Origin: Rhodothermales bacterium
GTDB lineage: Bacteria; Bacteroidota; Rhodothermia; Rhodothermales; VXPQ01
DNA: 64,000 bases
Assembly (NCBI GenBank): GCA_022821845.1
Contig: JAJECT010000009.1
Coordinates: 10,899-74,898 of the forward strand
Direction of reading: 5' to 3'
Part shown: piece by piece, positions 42,268 to 52,409 of the stretch
Layout: each line of letters starts with the position of its first letter
Position numbering within the stretch: position 1 is the first letter of the stretch
Notes under the pieces: generated by a model
What the model was told of the DNA's origin: nothing
The model's database searches: none
What the model saw: only the letters and a program-made list of their open reading frames with translations
Translations under genes and position numbers: made by a program

Positions 42268-42909
42268 ATGAGCCAGCGCGTTGGAAGACTGCATGTACTG
42301 ACGGACCTGCGTTTCCAGCAGCGTTTTCGTCCTGCGGAACTGGCCCGCCTCGCTGCGGCAGGCGGCGCCGACGCAATCCAGTTTCGGCAGAAAACGGGGA
42401 CTGCGCGCGCCATGCTGACCGAGGCAAGGCGCGTCGTGGCCGCCTGCCGGGAACGGGGCGTGCCCTGCATTGTCAATGATCGCCTGGATATTGCGCTCGC
42501 CTGCGGCGCCGACGGCGTGCATCTCGGGCAGGACGATCTGCCTGTTCGGGACGCCCGCCGCCTGCTCGGCCCCGCCGCCACGATAGGCGGCACGGCCACG
42601 ACGCTCAAAGAAGCGCTGGCGGCGCAGGACGCCGGGGCGGATTACGTGGGATTCGGTCCGGTGTTTTCCGGGGCGAGCAAGGAGCGAGCGGCTTCCGTGA
42701 AAGGGTTGGCGAATCTGGCGCGCGTTTGCGCGGCGGCGCGCATCCCGGTCCTGGCTATCGGGGGGATTTCTGTGGATCGGATTCCCTCCGTTCTGGACGC
42801 CGGAGCGCATGGCGTGGCGGTGATGACCGGCGTGACGACCGCCGATGATCCGGCCCGCGCAGCCCGCGCCTTCCGCGAGGCATTGAACGTTTCCGGGCAA
42901 GGCGGCTAA
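42268..42909 (+). CDS. thiE: Thiamine-phosphate synthase
   Basis: IQFRQK, IVNDRLDIA, GVHLGQDD, DYVGFGPVF, PVLAIGGI. Confidence 0.92.
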   Translation: MSQRVGRLHVLTDLRFQQRFRPAELARLAAAGGADAIQFRQKTGTARAMLTEARRVVAACRERGVPCIVNDRLDIALACGADGVHLGQDDLPVRDARRLLGPAATIGGTATTLKEALAAQDAGADYVGFGPVFSGASKERAASVKGLANLARVCAAARIPVLAIGGISVDRIPSVLDAGAHGVAVMTGVTTADDPARAARAFREALNVSGQGG

Positions 42910-43655
42910 TGTGCCTTGCGAACGGCTTGGGCAAGGGCTTCCGGAGCGGGCTCTTCGGCGATGGCCCGGACCGCAAGGCCCTGGGCGCGGACGGCCTCTG
43001 CCGTCGCAGCGCCGATTGCGGCGATGGCAAGCCCCTTGAGGGATAATCCGGGAGACTGAAGCAGGGCTTCCAGGCCGGAAGGACTGAAAAACACGACCCA
43101 GTCCGGTTTTTTATGGCCGGGCCATGCGCGCAGCGTACGCAAACGGGTGCGATAAACCACGATTTCTTCCGTGGCGATCCCCCCCTCGCGCAAGATTGCG
43201 GGCAAGGTCTCTCGCCTGCGATCCCCGCACAAAAAAAGCAACGGGCCGCCCACGGCTTGTTTCAGGATATACCTTGCCAGCTGCTCCGCCGATCCACTCG
43301 CCTCCCCTTCCGGTTCGCATCCGAGCGAACGCAGGGCGGCGGCGGTGCGCGGGCCTACCGCAAACACTTTTTTCGCGCGCCATGCGTTGCCTTCCGCCGG
43401 GTTTGCGGCGACAGCCTTGCCGAAGGCCGCTACCGCGCGCGAACTGGTGAATATCCACCCCGCGTACCGGTCTGGAGGATTTGCAAGGCGGCGCAACGTT
43501 TCCGGGGCTTCGTACTCGAAATCCAGCGCCGGGCGCGTAGCGACCTCGAAACCGGCGGCCCGGAGCGCCGCTTCCCAGGGACAGGATGCGTCCTGGCCAG
43601 ACGGGTTGTCCGCGGAGGCATCCCCGGAGCGCAGCAAAAGCACCCTGCTTTTCAT
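42906..43655 (-). CDS. hemD: Uroporphyrinogen-III synthase
   Basis: IFTSSRAV, AVGPRTA, VVYRT, VFFSPSG, AAIG.ATA; downstream of hemC. Start at MKSRVLL. Confidence 0.88.
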   Translation of the reverse strand: MKSRVLLLRSGDASADNPSGQDASCPWEAALRAAGFEVATRPALDFEYEAPETLRRLANPPDRYAGWIFTSSRAVAAFGKAVAANPAEGNAWRAKKVFAVGPRTAAALRSLGCEPEGEASGSAEQLARYILKQAVGGPLLFLCGDRRRETLPAILREGGIATEEIVVYRTRLRTLRAWPGHKKPDWVVFFSPSGLEALLQSPGLSLKGLAIAAIGAATAEAVRAQGLAVRAIAEEPAPEALAQAVRKAH

Positions 43656-44620
43656 GGCCCCGGAGCGCGCAGCGCTTGCAGGATTTCCCCGCCCCCCTGC
43701 GCAAGCAACTCGGCGGCCAACTCGGCGCCCAGGGTTTGGCTTTCGGTGGCGGGCCCTGTCCGTTGTCCCCGGCATACTTGCTTGCCGTCCAGCGAAGCGA
43801 TACACCCGTCCAGAACCAGCCGCCCTTCCCGAAGGCGGCCCCATGCGCCCACGGGCACGGAGCATCCTCCGCGCAACGCGCGCAGGAAACTTCTTTCCGC
43901 CAGCACGGCGGACGCCGCGCGCGCATCGTGCACCGTTTCCTGGAGCAGCGAACGGAGCGGTTCGTTCCGCTCCCTGCAAACGATTCCAAGGGCTCCCTGG
44001 CCGGGCGCGGGTAGCATAATATCTTTCGGGATGCGCTCTGTAATGCACGCTTCCATATCCAGCCGCTTGAGTCCGGCGGCGGCCAGCACGAGGCCGGTCC
44101 AGGCGCCCTCCGCCAGTTTGCGCAGCCGGGTGCCCACGTTGCCGCGCACCGGTTCAATGCGCAAATCGGGTCGCCAGGCCAGCAGCTGGGCTTGCCTCCG
44201 GGGAGAGGACGTCGCCAGCGCAGCCCCTTCAGACAGGTCCGCGAACCCTCCCGAATACGCTGGATGGCCCACGAACGCGTCCGACGGGTCTTCTCGCCCG
44301 CTGATCGCTCCGACGACCAGGCCTTGCGGGGTTTCTGTCGGCCAGTCTTTCAGCGAATGCACCGCCAGATCGATCGCGCCGCTGAGCAGCGCCTCGTCCA
44401 GTTCCTTCGTAAATAGCGCCTGACTGTTTATGTTGGCGAGCGGCTTGTCGAGGATGCGGTCGCCCGTCGTCGTGATTTCGCATAATTCCGCGAGATGTCC
44501 TTTCGCGGCCAGTCGATCCCGCACCATGGCGGCCTGCCGCCGCGCAAGGGGGCTGGCCCTTGTTCCGATCTTCAGCGAAGCGGCATGGCGAACAGGCGGG
44601 GCCGCGCGGTCAGAAAGCAT
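43652..44620 (-). CDS. hemC: Hydroxymethylbilane synthase
   Basis: IGTRASPLA, T.GD, LFTKEL, DLAVHSLKD, TSSPRR..Q, RGNVGTRL, GGCSVP (cofactor Cys). Confidence 0.95.
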   Translation of the reverse strand: MLSDRAAPPVRHAASLKIGTRASPLARRQAAMVRDRLAAKGHLAELCEITTTGDRILDKPLANINSQALFTKELDEALLSGAIDLAVHSLKDWPTETPQGLVVGAISGREDPSDAFVGHPAYSGGFADLSEGAALATSSPRRQAQLLAWRPDLRIEPVRGNVGTRLRKLAEGAWTGLVLAAAGLKRLDMEACITERIPKDIMLPAPGQGALGIVCRERNEPLRSLLQETVHDARAASAVLAERSFLRALRGGCSVPVGAWGRLREGRLVLDGCIASLDGKQVCRGQRTGPATESQTLGAELAAELLAQGGGEILQALRAPGP

Positions 44621-46052
44621 GACGGACGGTATCCGAATCCCGGGAAGGCATTCGCAACACATCGCCTGCGCGGCGTTCCATATCCTCCATCGGACAGTCC
44701 GCAGGCAGCGCGTCTGCCGGGCGCGCGGCGGGGTTTTCGGCGTCCGGGCGGGACGGGTTCTCTGCTGCCGGGGCCTCTTCTTCGTCGCAATCCTCCCGCA
44801 GGAAAAGGTGCTGAAGCAAACGCACCCCATGAGAGAAATCAATACGTTCGGGATCGACGCTTTTCAGGCGAACCACCGGCACGGCCAGCAATTTCTGCAC
44901 GATCGAGCGGGTGAGCTGGTCCAGTTGCTCCTGACCGTCTTCAGAGAAGCGCTGGCGATACTTGTCTACTTCCTGCGCTCGAATGGCTTCGAACGTTTTC
45001 GCAATAGCCTGAATAGCCGGTTGCAGCGATTGATGCAGGAATACCCAGGAGACATATTCGGCGATCATCTCGTCCACGATTTCGCCCGCCTTGTCCAGCG
45101 AAGCCTGGAGCGCGTCCTGCGTTCTTGTTTCGGCTTTGCCGAGCTGGTCTATGGTCACGAGTTCGACCCGGGGCAGCGCGCCAATCGCTTCGTCCACGCC
45201 GCGCGGCACGGAAATATCGACGAGCAAGCGCGCCGCGCCGCTCGTTTCCATCGCAAACGCTTCCCGGCGCAGCACGGGGTTCGGCGCCGAGGTAGCCACG
45301 ATCACGGCGTCCGCCTGCGCGGCAGCGGCGTGACGGTCTTTCCAGGGGACATGGTTCGCCCGATACCGTTCGGCTGCATTGCGCGCGCGTTCCTCCGTCC
45401 GGTTCGTAAACGAAAGCCGCGCTATCCCCAGCATCTGCAACGCTTCCGCCGTTTCCTGTCCGATCTGCCCCGCGCCGACAACCAGTACGCCCGCCGAGGC
45501 AGGGGTTTCCTTGCGGTTTTCGCCCTGCGTCCGGGTTATCCGGGACCGGATAACTTCCGCCGCCCGCATCGGCACAGAAGCATTGTTATGCGACAGCTCC
45601 GTTTCGTTGATGACCCGCTTGGCGGCGCGGAAGGCCGTGTGCAAGAGGCGGTGCATGGTCGTCTCGACGCGCTCCTCTTCTACCGCGACGGCGTACGCCT
45701 TCTTGAGCTGGAAATAAATATGCACATCGCCCGGCACCATGGACTTCATGCCAGCGGCCACCTCGAAAATATGCCGGATCGCGTCTTCGTCCCGATGCAA
45801 AAAGGACATATCTTGCGGCCAGGCGCGGCCTGCATGGCGCTCGAACGCTTGCTGCACGGCGCGGACGTCTTCTTCGACTCCGTAGAGATAGGCTTCCGTA
45901 CGGTTGCAGGTGGAAAGCAGGACCAGTTCGGAACCCGCGTGGAGCGCGACGCCGCCATACACGGAGCGCCCCTCTTCCCAAGACGAGGCGAAGGCTTCCC
46001 GAATCGCTACGGGAGCCTGCGAATAATTGACGCCCAATGCGTAAAATGTCAT
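44610..46052 (-). CDS. hemA: Glutamyl-tRNA reductase
   Basis: APVAIRE, LLSTCNRTE (catalytic Cys), VGAGQIG, NRT.ERA, DISVPR; first gene of hemACD. Confidence 0.93.
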   Translation of the reverse strand: MTFYALGVNYSQAPVAIREAFASSWEEGRSVYGGVALHAGSELVLLSTCNRTEAYLYGVEEDVRAVQQAFERHAGRAWPQDMSFLHRDEDAIRHIFEVAAGMKSMVPGDVHIYFQLKKAYAVAVEEERVETTMHRLLHTAFRAAKRVINETELSHNNASVPMRAAEVIRSRITRTQGENRKETPASAGVLVVGAGQIGQETAEALQMLGIARLSFTNRTEERARNAAERYRANHVPWKDRHAAAAQADAVIVATSAPNPVLRREAFAMETSGAARLLVDISVPRGVDEAIGALPRVELVTIDQLGKAETRTQDALQASLDKAGEIVDEMIAEYVSWVFLHQSLQPAIQAIAKTFEAIRAQEVDKYRQRFSEDGQEQLDQLTRSIVQKLLAVPVVRLKSVDPERIDFSHGVRLLQHLFLREDCDEEEAPAAENPSRPDAENPAARPADALPADCPMEDMERRAGDVLRMPSRDSDTVRHAF

Positions 46053-46188
46053 AACCGAAAGCAGGGCTTGCAACAAGCGTAAACAAAGAGGGCGAAAAAA
46101 GCCCTATCCTGACAAAGTACGCATTTACGTCGTTTTACGCAAATTTTCACCGTCGCTTCGCCAAAATTCCCTATTCGCGTCGTACGCC

Positions 46189-47310
46189 ATGTCCGAATCC
46201 CGTTTTTTCGCTCGTCAGCAAGCCCTTGCGGGCCAGCTAGTCTCCCGCGATTTGCATGCGCTTGCGGTCGTTCCCGGCGCGTCCATGCGGTATCTGTCCG
46301 GGCTGGATTTTCATTTGAGCGAACGCCCCGTGGTGGCGTTTTTTGGCCAGGAAGGCCCTCCGGCGATGGCGCTTCCCGAACTGGAAGAGGGCAAACTGCG
46401 CGGATTGCCGTTCGACGCGCGCGTCTGGACGTATGGAGAGGATCCTGCGACCTGGAGCAAGGCGTTTCGGGAGGCTGCCCGCGCCGCCGGGCTGGACGGA
46501 CAGCGCGTCGGGGTCGAATCCGGGCGCATGCGCGTACTCGAACTCCGCCTGTTGCAAGAAGCCTTGCCGGAGGCTACGTACCCGGACGGCAGCGAAGCGC
46601 TCGCCGCCCTGCGCATATGCAAGGACGCCGAAGAAATCGCTTGCATGCGCCGGGCCGCGCAGGTGGCCGAAGAGGCCATGCGGCAGACCCTCCCCGCCAT
46701 AGAACCGGGCATGACCGAGCGGGACGTAGCTTCCCTCATTACCGCCCGCCTCTTTGCCGCCGGGTGCGCTCCCGAACTGCCTTTTTCTCCCATTGTGGCG
46801 TTCGGAGCTTCCGCGGCCAATCCGCATGCGACGCCGGGCGATCAGAGATTGCGTCCCGGCGACTTGATTCTGTGCGATTGGGGGGCGCAGGCGGGCGGGT
46901 ATTTTTCCGACATGACGCGGATGTTTACGTATGGCGAGGCGGGGCCTGCGGAGCGGCGCATCGTCGAGATCGTGGATCGCGCCCGGCAGGCGGCGACGCA
47001 GACCGCCCGGCCGGACGCGCTTGCCTCGGAAGTGGATCGCACGGCCCGCGCCGTAATCGAGGAGGCTGGTTTCGGGGATCGATTCATACACCGCACCGGA
47101 CATGGCCTGGGGCTGGAGATTCACGAGCCGCCCTGGATTCGGGAGGGCAATGCGATGCGTTTGCGTCCGGGCATGACCTTCACCATCGAGCCGGGAATCT
47201 ATCTGCCCGGCGCGGCGGGGGCCCGCCTCGAGGATATGGTGACGATCACCGAGGACGGCGCCGAAACGCTTACGACCTTGCCCCGGAGCCTGACGAATAT
47301 CGCAGCGTAG
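46189..47310 (+). CDS. Xaa-Pro peptidase (M24B), second paralog
   Basis: ANPH, DWG...GYFSDMTR, HRTGHGLGLEIHEPP, TIEPGIY, RLED. Confidence 0.92.
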   Translation: MSESRFFARQQALAGQLVSRDLHALAVVPGASMRYLSGLDFHLSERPVVAFFGQEGPPAMALPELEEGKLRGLPFDARVWTYGEDPATWSKAFREAARAAGLDGQRVGVESGRMRVLELRLLQEALPEATYPDGSEALAALRICKDAEEIACMRRAAQVAEEAMRQTLPAIEPGMTERDVASLITARLFAAGCAPELPFSPIVAFGASAANPHATPGDQRLRPGDLILCDWGAQAGGYFSDMTRMFTYGEAGPAERRIVEIVDRARQAATQTARPDALASEVDRTARAVIEEAGFGDRFIHRTGHGLGLEIHEPPWIREGNAMRLRPGMTFTIEPGIYLPGAAGARLEDMVTITEDGAETLTTLPRSLTNIAA

Positions 47311-47344
47311 CCGCAGGCGAAGGGCGCCCGTCGGCAGCCCTGGA

Positions 47345-49132
47345 TTACGCCAGTCTTTCCGTTTGGGCCAGCGTTTCCGCTTCCGCAATCCATGTTTCGA
47401 TGGCCGCCAGCCCGTCTCCCCACAAGCCGGGGTCTTGCAGGTCTACGCCCGCCCTGGCGGCCAGCGCGTGCGGCCAGTCCGAGCCGCCGGCTTCCAGCAG
47501 GGCAAGGTATCGGGCAGGAAAATCTTCCGGCTCGGCAAGGTACCGGGCGTATAGCGCCAGCACCAGCAATTCCCCGAAGGCGTAGGCGTATACATAGCCC
47601 GGCGTATGCAGGAAATGGGGGATGTAGCTCCACCAGCGGCGGTAATGCTCGCCGAGCGTCACGCTGCCCGCGAACATGGCCTCCTGGGTTTGCATCCAGA
47701 GGTCGCCAAACCGGTCGACGCCCAGCTCTCCGTGTTCGCGCCGCGCCGTATGGATGGCCTCTTCGAACCGGTTCATGGCGATTTGCCGGAATACGGTGGC
47801 CATCGTGTCGTCGATTTTGCCGACGAGCAGGGCAAGCCGGTTGGCGGGATTTTCCTCGTGCGCAAGCATTTCCCGGAAGGTGAGCATTTCGCCGAAGACA
47901 GAGGCGGTTTCGGCGGTCGTCAGCGGGGTGTCGGCTTGCAGCGCGCCCTGTTTTCTCGACAGATACTGATGTACGCCGTGGCCCAGTTCGTGCGCCAGCG
48001 TTTGCACGTCGCGCGGTCTTCCCGCAAAATTCATGAGAATGTACGGGTGCGCGCTGGGCACGACGCCGTGGCTGAACGCCCCGCCGCGCTTGCCGGGGGC
48101 GGGCGGCGCGTCGATCCAGCGGCGGTCGAAGAAAAGGTCGGCGACGGCCCCCATGCGGGGATGGAATCCGTGGTAGGCGGCCCGCACGACCTCGCGTGCT
48201 TCGGCCCACGTATACTCCCGGTCGGATTCTCCCACCGGGGCGTACCGGTCGTAGTCGAACAGTTCGTCGTATCCGAGCAATTGGCGTTTCAGTTCGTAGA
48301 ACCGGGCCACGAGGTCGTATTTCGAGACGACGGCTTCAATGAGCGCCTCCACGGTTTCATTCTGGACCTCGTTGGACAAATTCCGGTCGGAGAGCCAGGT
48401 GGGGTATCCGCGAAGCCGGTCGTCGACGGCCTTGTCCGCCAGGATCGTATTGAACACAGAAGCCAGCGTACGGCTATGCGTCGCCAATCCTTCTGTCAGG
48501 CTGAGGGCGGCCCGTCGGCGCAGCGCGCGATCCGGTTCGTGCAGCATGGAGAGGACTTCCTGCTCGGTTTTTTCTTCTCCGTCGAGGCGAAAGCGAACGC
48601 CGCCCAGCAGTTCGTCGAAGAAGCGGTTCCAGGCGCCGCGCCCCGTGACCGCCTTTTCGGCCATTATTTTTTCTTCCGTCTCGGTAAGGAGATAATCTCG
48701 CTGCGCCCGCTGCACTTCAAGGTAATGCCGATACCCGGCCAATTCCCCGGAAGCGACGAGGCGGGCAGCCTGGTCGTTGTCCGCCTGGCACCATTCCAGC
48801 CCGAAAAAAATGAGTTGCTGCATTGCGCGGGTATAGGCCTCGCGGACATGCTGAAGCAAGGCGCCCCGCCGCTCGTCGCCGGTATCCGTGGCCCATTGGA
48901 GAAAAGCATAGGCGTACGCCTTGCCTGCGCGGTCCTGGATGGTTTCCAGCTGCGCCAGCGCTTTGGTCATTGCCGCCGGCGCCAGGCCCGCGACCTTGCC
49001 TCGCCAGGCGGCCCTGAAGGCCTCGGCGTCGTCCGACGCTTGCGCAAGGTCCTGGCGCAGGGCTTCTTCCGACGGGTACAGGTCGGCAAGATTCCAGCGG
49101 ACGTTTTCGGCTCCGGTCTTTTTTTCGGACAT
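47345..49132 (-). CDS. pepF: Oligoendopeptidase F (M3B)
   Basis: WNLADLY, GKRGGAF, TLAHELGHGVH, AETASVFGE, WSYIPHF...YVYAYAFG. Start uncertain (49132-49153). Confidence 0.9.
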   Translation of the reverse strand: MSEKKTGAENVRWNLADLYPSEEALRQDLAQASDDAEAFRAAWRGKVAGLAPAAMTKALAQLETIQDRAGKAYAYAFLQWATDTGDERRGALLQHVREAYTRAMQQLIFFGLEWCQADNDQAARLVASGELAGYRHYLEVQRAQRDYLLTETEEKIMAEKAVTGRGAWNRFFDELLGGVRFRLDGEEKTEQEVLSMLHEPDRALRRRAALSLTEGLATHSRTLASVFNTILADKAVDDRLRGYPTWLSDRNLSNEVQNETVEALIEAVVSKYDLVARFYELKRQLLGYDELFDYDRYAPVGESDREYTWAEAREVVRAAYHGFHPRMGAVADLFFDRRWIDAPPAPGKRGGAFSHGVVPSAHPYILMNFAGRPRDVQTLAHELGHGVHQYLSRKQGALQADTPLTTAETASVFGEMLTFREMLAHEENPANRLALLVGKIDDTMATVFRQIAMNRFEEAIHTARREHGELGVDRFGDLWMQTQEAMFAGSVTLGEHYRRWWSYIPHFLHTPGYVYAYAFGELLVLALYARYLAEPEDFPARYLALLEAGGSDWPHALAARAGVDLQDPGLWGDGLAAIETWIAEAETLAQTERLA

Positions 49133-49249
49133 GGGATAATCGGACATGGACAAAAGTGGTTACGGCAGGATGTTTTTCCCGAATTTATCGGCAGTGCGTA
49201 TATTGCGCATTCCAAACGCTACATCCATCGAAACATTCCCTTAACGATC

Positions 49250-49675
49250 ATGCAAGTACGTACAGCCGAAGCAATCTGGAAAGGCAACCTGAAAGAGGGC
49301 GAAGGCCAGGTAACGGTGCTGGGCGAACAAGTCCCCTACTCCTTCGCTTCCCGTTTCGAGCAAGGCGCCGGAACGAATCCCGAAGAACTGCTGGCTGCCG
49401 CCCACGCAGGGTGCGTCGCCATGGCGTTTTCGAACGACCTGGCGAACGCGGGCTATGCGCCCAGGCAAGTGCATGCCGCGGCCAGGGTGCATTTGACGAT
49501 AACGGATGCGGGCCCCGGCATTTCTCAGATCGACCTGACGATCCAGGGCGACGTGCCGGGTATCGACGAAGCCACCTTTCTGGAGATGGCCGAGGCGGCG
49601 AAGTCCAATTGCCCGGTCTCGAAGTTGTTTGCGGGGGCGAACATCGCGCTCGTCGCCACGCTTCAGGCGGGTTAG
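49250..49675 (+). CDS. osmC: OsmC family peroxiredoxin
   Basis: C-terminal part of the tracked 689-aa ORF: A.W.G.LKEG.G, YSFASRFE, TNPEELLAAAHAGC, AK.NCPVSK. Confidence 0.93.
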   Translation: MQVRTAEAIWKGNLKEGEGQVTVLGEQVPYSFASRFEQGAGTNPEELLAAAHAGCVAMAFSNDLANAGYAPRQVHAAARVHLTITDAGPGISQIDLTIQGDVPGIDEATFLEMAEAAKSNCPVSKLFAGANIALVATLQAG

Positions 49676-49680
49676 GCGCG

Positions 49681-50958
49681 TCAGGCGCGGATGTGTCCCT
49701 GTCCGACGCCGATCCATTTGTAGCTGGTGAGTTCCTCCAGGCCCATGGGGCCGCGGGCATGCAGTTTTTGCGTGCTGACGGCCACTTCTGCGCCCAGGCC
49801 GAACTGTCCGCCGTCCGAAAACCGCGTACTGGCGTTTACGAACACCGCCGCGGAGTCGATGCGGTCCACGAAGACGTTTGCGCGCGCCCAGTCGTTGGTC
49901 AGGATGCTGTCCGAGTGGGCCGTTCCGTGGCGTTGTATATGTTCTATGGCGTCTTCCACGCCGTCCACGATGCGAACGCCGAGGATAAGCGACAGCCATT
50001 CCTGGTCGAAGTCGTCCGGTCCGGCGGCGGCGCATGCCAGGCCCCCGGTCCGTTCGAGGATGCGCAGCGCTTCCGGGTCGGCGCGGAAGGCGACGCCCTG
50101 CGCGCCAAGGCGTTTAGCCAGCGGCGGCAGAAACGCGTCGGCGACGTGGCGGTGCAAGAGCAGCGTGTCCAGCGCGTTGCAGACGCTCGGACGCTGCACC
50201 TTGGCGTTTTCCACGATGTCCTCTGCCCGCTCGAGGTCCGCCGAGTCGTCCACGAAAATGTGACACACGCCCATGCCGCCCGTAATGACGGGGATCGTGC
50301 TTTTTTCCAGGCATAGCCGGTGCAAGCCCGCCCCGCCGCGCGGCACGATCATATCGACATACTTGTCCAGCCGCAACAATTGCTCGACGAGGCCGCGGTC
50401 GGGATCGCCTACGTATTGCACGACGTCGGGCGGTATGCCTGTTTTTTTCAGGGCTTCCCGGATGGCGGCGACGAGGGCCAGATTGCTTCGCAGGGTTTCC
50501 TTGCCGCCGCGCAGGATCGTCGCATTGCTCGTTTTCAGGCACAGCGAGGCAATGTCGATGGTTACGTTGGGGCGGGCTTCGTAGACGACGCCCACCACGC
50601 CCAGCGGGATTCGGCGCTTGAGGAGCCGCATCCCGTTCGGGAGCATACGGCTTCCGAACTCGACGCCCACCGGGTCCGGCAGGTCAATCACGGCGCGGAC
50701 GTCGCGCGCCAGCGCGGCAAGGCGTTCTTCGTCAAGCAACAGGCGGTCGAGCATCGCCTCGGACAATCCGGCTTCCCTTCCGTCCGCTATATCCAGCGCG
50801 TTTTCCCGGAGAATCGTCGCCGAGGCGGACGTCAGTTCGTCGGCGATAGCGGCCAGCGCGGCGTTTTTCGCCCCGGTGCCGAGGGTCGCCAGCGCGCGGC
50901 TTGCGACGCGGGCCTGCTCCCCCATTTTCTGCATGGAAATCGTTTCTTCGACAAGCAT
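49681..50958 (-). CDS. proA: Glutamate-5-semialdehyde dehydrogenase
   Basis: [60 protein letters not shown]. Confidence 0.96.
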   Translation of the reverse strand: MLVEETISMQKMGEQARVASRALATLGTGAKNAALAAIADELTSASATILRENALDIADGREAGLSEAMLDRLLLDEERLAALARDVRAVIDLPDPVGVEFGSRMLPNGMRLLKRRIPLGVVGVVYEARPNVTIDIASLCLKTSNATILRGGKETLRSNLALVAAIREALKKTGIPPDVVQYVGDPDRGLVEQLLRLDKYVDMIVPRGGAGLHRLCLEKSTIPVITGGMGVCHIFVDDSADLERAEDIVENAKVQRPSVCNALDTLLLHRHVADAFLPPLAKRLGAQGVAFRADPEALRILERTGGLACAAAGPDDFDQEWLSLILGVRIVDGVEDAIEHIQRHGTAHSDSILTNDWARANVFVDRIDSAAVFVNASTRFSDGGQFGLGAEVAVSTQKLHARGPMGLEELTSYKWIGVGQGHIRA

Positions 50959-51036
50959 GGAAATCGTTCAGGTCATGTTGCGGCGGACGGACAAAGGCCG
51001 GCGGCGTTCATGGCGCGCGTTCGCGCAATAAAATGG

Positions 51037-52137
51037 TCAGATCAGGATCAGGTCGTCGCGGTGAATGACGACGGGGCCGTAGGCGTACCCCAGCGTTTCG
51101 CGGATGCGATCGGATTGCAACCCCCGGATGCGGCCCACGTCGGCGCTGTCGTACCGCACGACGCCCCTGCCCAGGTTCGTTCGGTCGGCTGCCGTAATCT
51201 GCACCACGTCGCCCCGCTCGAACGATCCGTCTACGCGAATGATTCCTGCGGGCAACAGGCTGCCGCCGCCGCCCGCCAACGCCGCGGCGGCGCCCTCGTC
51301 GATCGCCACAGCCCCCGATGCGTTCGCCCCGCCCAGTATCCACCGTTTACGATTTTCCACCGGGACGTCGAGCGCCGGGAAGCGGGTGCCGATACGCTCT
51401 CCCGCCACGATCCGCCGGATGGCCTCCGGGGCGTCCCCCGCCGCAATCACTACGCAGGCGCCGGCGCGCCGGGCCATATCCGCCGCGTCCAGTTTCGTTT
51501 TCATGCCGCCCACGCCCAGGCCGGACTTGCTTTCGCCGGCGACGGCGTGCAAATCGGCGTCGATGCGCCGCACCTCTTCAATGAGTTCGGCCTTTGGATC
51601 GGTTCGGGGGTCCGCCGTGAACAGGCCCGGCTGGTCGCTCAGCAGAATCAGCAAATCCGCCTCGGCAAGCAGTACGCATAAAGCGGACAGGTTGTCGTTG
51701 TCTCCTACGCGAATCTCGGCGGTGGTTACCGCGTCGTTCTCGTTGATCACCGGCACGATTCGATGTTCGAGCAGCGCGCGCAGCGTATCGCGTGCGTTCA
51801 GAAAGCGGCGGCGGTCTTCCACGTCCGCCCGCGTGAGCAGCATTTGCCCGACATGGATGTGGAACCGGGTGAAAAGTTGCTCCCAGATTTCCATGAGCCT
51901 GCTTTGCCCGACGGCGGCCAGCATTTGTTTTTCGGCCAGCGAATCCGGTTGCCGGGTCATGCGAAGCCGCTCGCTTCCGGCGGCGATGGCGCCCGAAGTG
52001 CATACGACCAGCTCGTATCCTTCCTCGTGGAGCGCGGCGCATTGCCGAACGATCTCGAGCATGCGGCCATGATCGAGCTTTCGGGTGCCCCCCGTAAGCA
52101 CGCTGGTTCCTATTTTAAGTACGATGCGCTGCGTCAT
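51037..52137 (-). CDS. proB: Glutamate 5-kinase with PUA domain
   Basis: IVLKIGTSVL, SGAIAAG, AAVGQ, INENDAV, GDNDNLSA, GGMKTK, PUA domain. Confidence 0.96.
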   Translation of the reverse strand: MTQRIVLKIGTSVLTGGTRKLDHGRMLEIVRQCAALHEEGYELVVCTSGAIAAGSERLRMTRQPDSLAEKQMLAAVGQSRLMEIWEQLFTRFHIHVGQMLLTRADVEDRRRFLNARDTLRALLEHRIVPVINENDAVTTAEIRVGDNDNLSALCVLLAEADLLILLSDQPGLFTADPRTDPKAELIEEVRRIDADLHAVAGESKSGLGVGGMKTKLDAADMARRAGACVVIAAGDAPEAIRRIVAGERIGTRFPALDVPVENRKRWILGGANASGAVAIDEGAAAALAGGGGSLLPAGIIRVDGSFERGDVVQITAADRTNLGRGVVRYDSADVGRIRGLQSDRIRETLGYAYGPVVIHRDDLILI

Positions 52138-52193
52138 ACATACGCTGCGACGGTGCGCAGGCCAGTGGATTTACGCGTATTTTAGGTGATTCG

Positions 52194-52277
52194 TACCGGG
52201 AGCGGGATTCGAACCCGCACGGAGCATCGCTCCAACGGATTTTAAGTCCGTTGCGTCTACCGTTCCGCCATCCCGGC
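52194..52277 (-). tRNA. tRNA-Leu (anticodon TAA)
   Basis: GCCGGGA-TGGCGGAACGGTAGACGC-AACGGA-CTTAAAA-TCCGTT, long variable arm GGAGCGATGCTCC, GCGGGTTCGAATCCCGC, TCCCGGT-A. CCA is not encoded (CGA follows). Confidence 0.96.
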
Positions 52278-52409
52278 TGTCAGCGTACCCTGACGCCGTC
52301 CATATTGCGCTAATCAGGATCGAGATTGGACCATGGCGCGTCCAATTCGCTAAAATTACGGAAAAATCCGGCGCGCTACGCACCCGGAAGTTCGTCTCCT
52401 CGCTTTTGC

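Noticed and set aside
47606-49675. 689-aa ORF that looks like a large OsmC fusion
   Set aside because: The first ~548 codons are antisense to pepF or intergenic; only the part from ATG 49250 is OsmC.
52138-52330. Possible integrative element at tRNA-Leu
   Set aside because: No integrase, no duplicated tRNA 3' end seen, and housekeeping proB follows directly.
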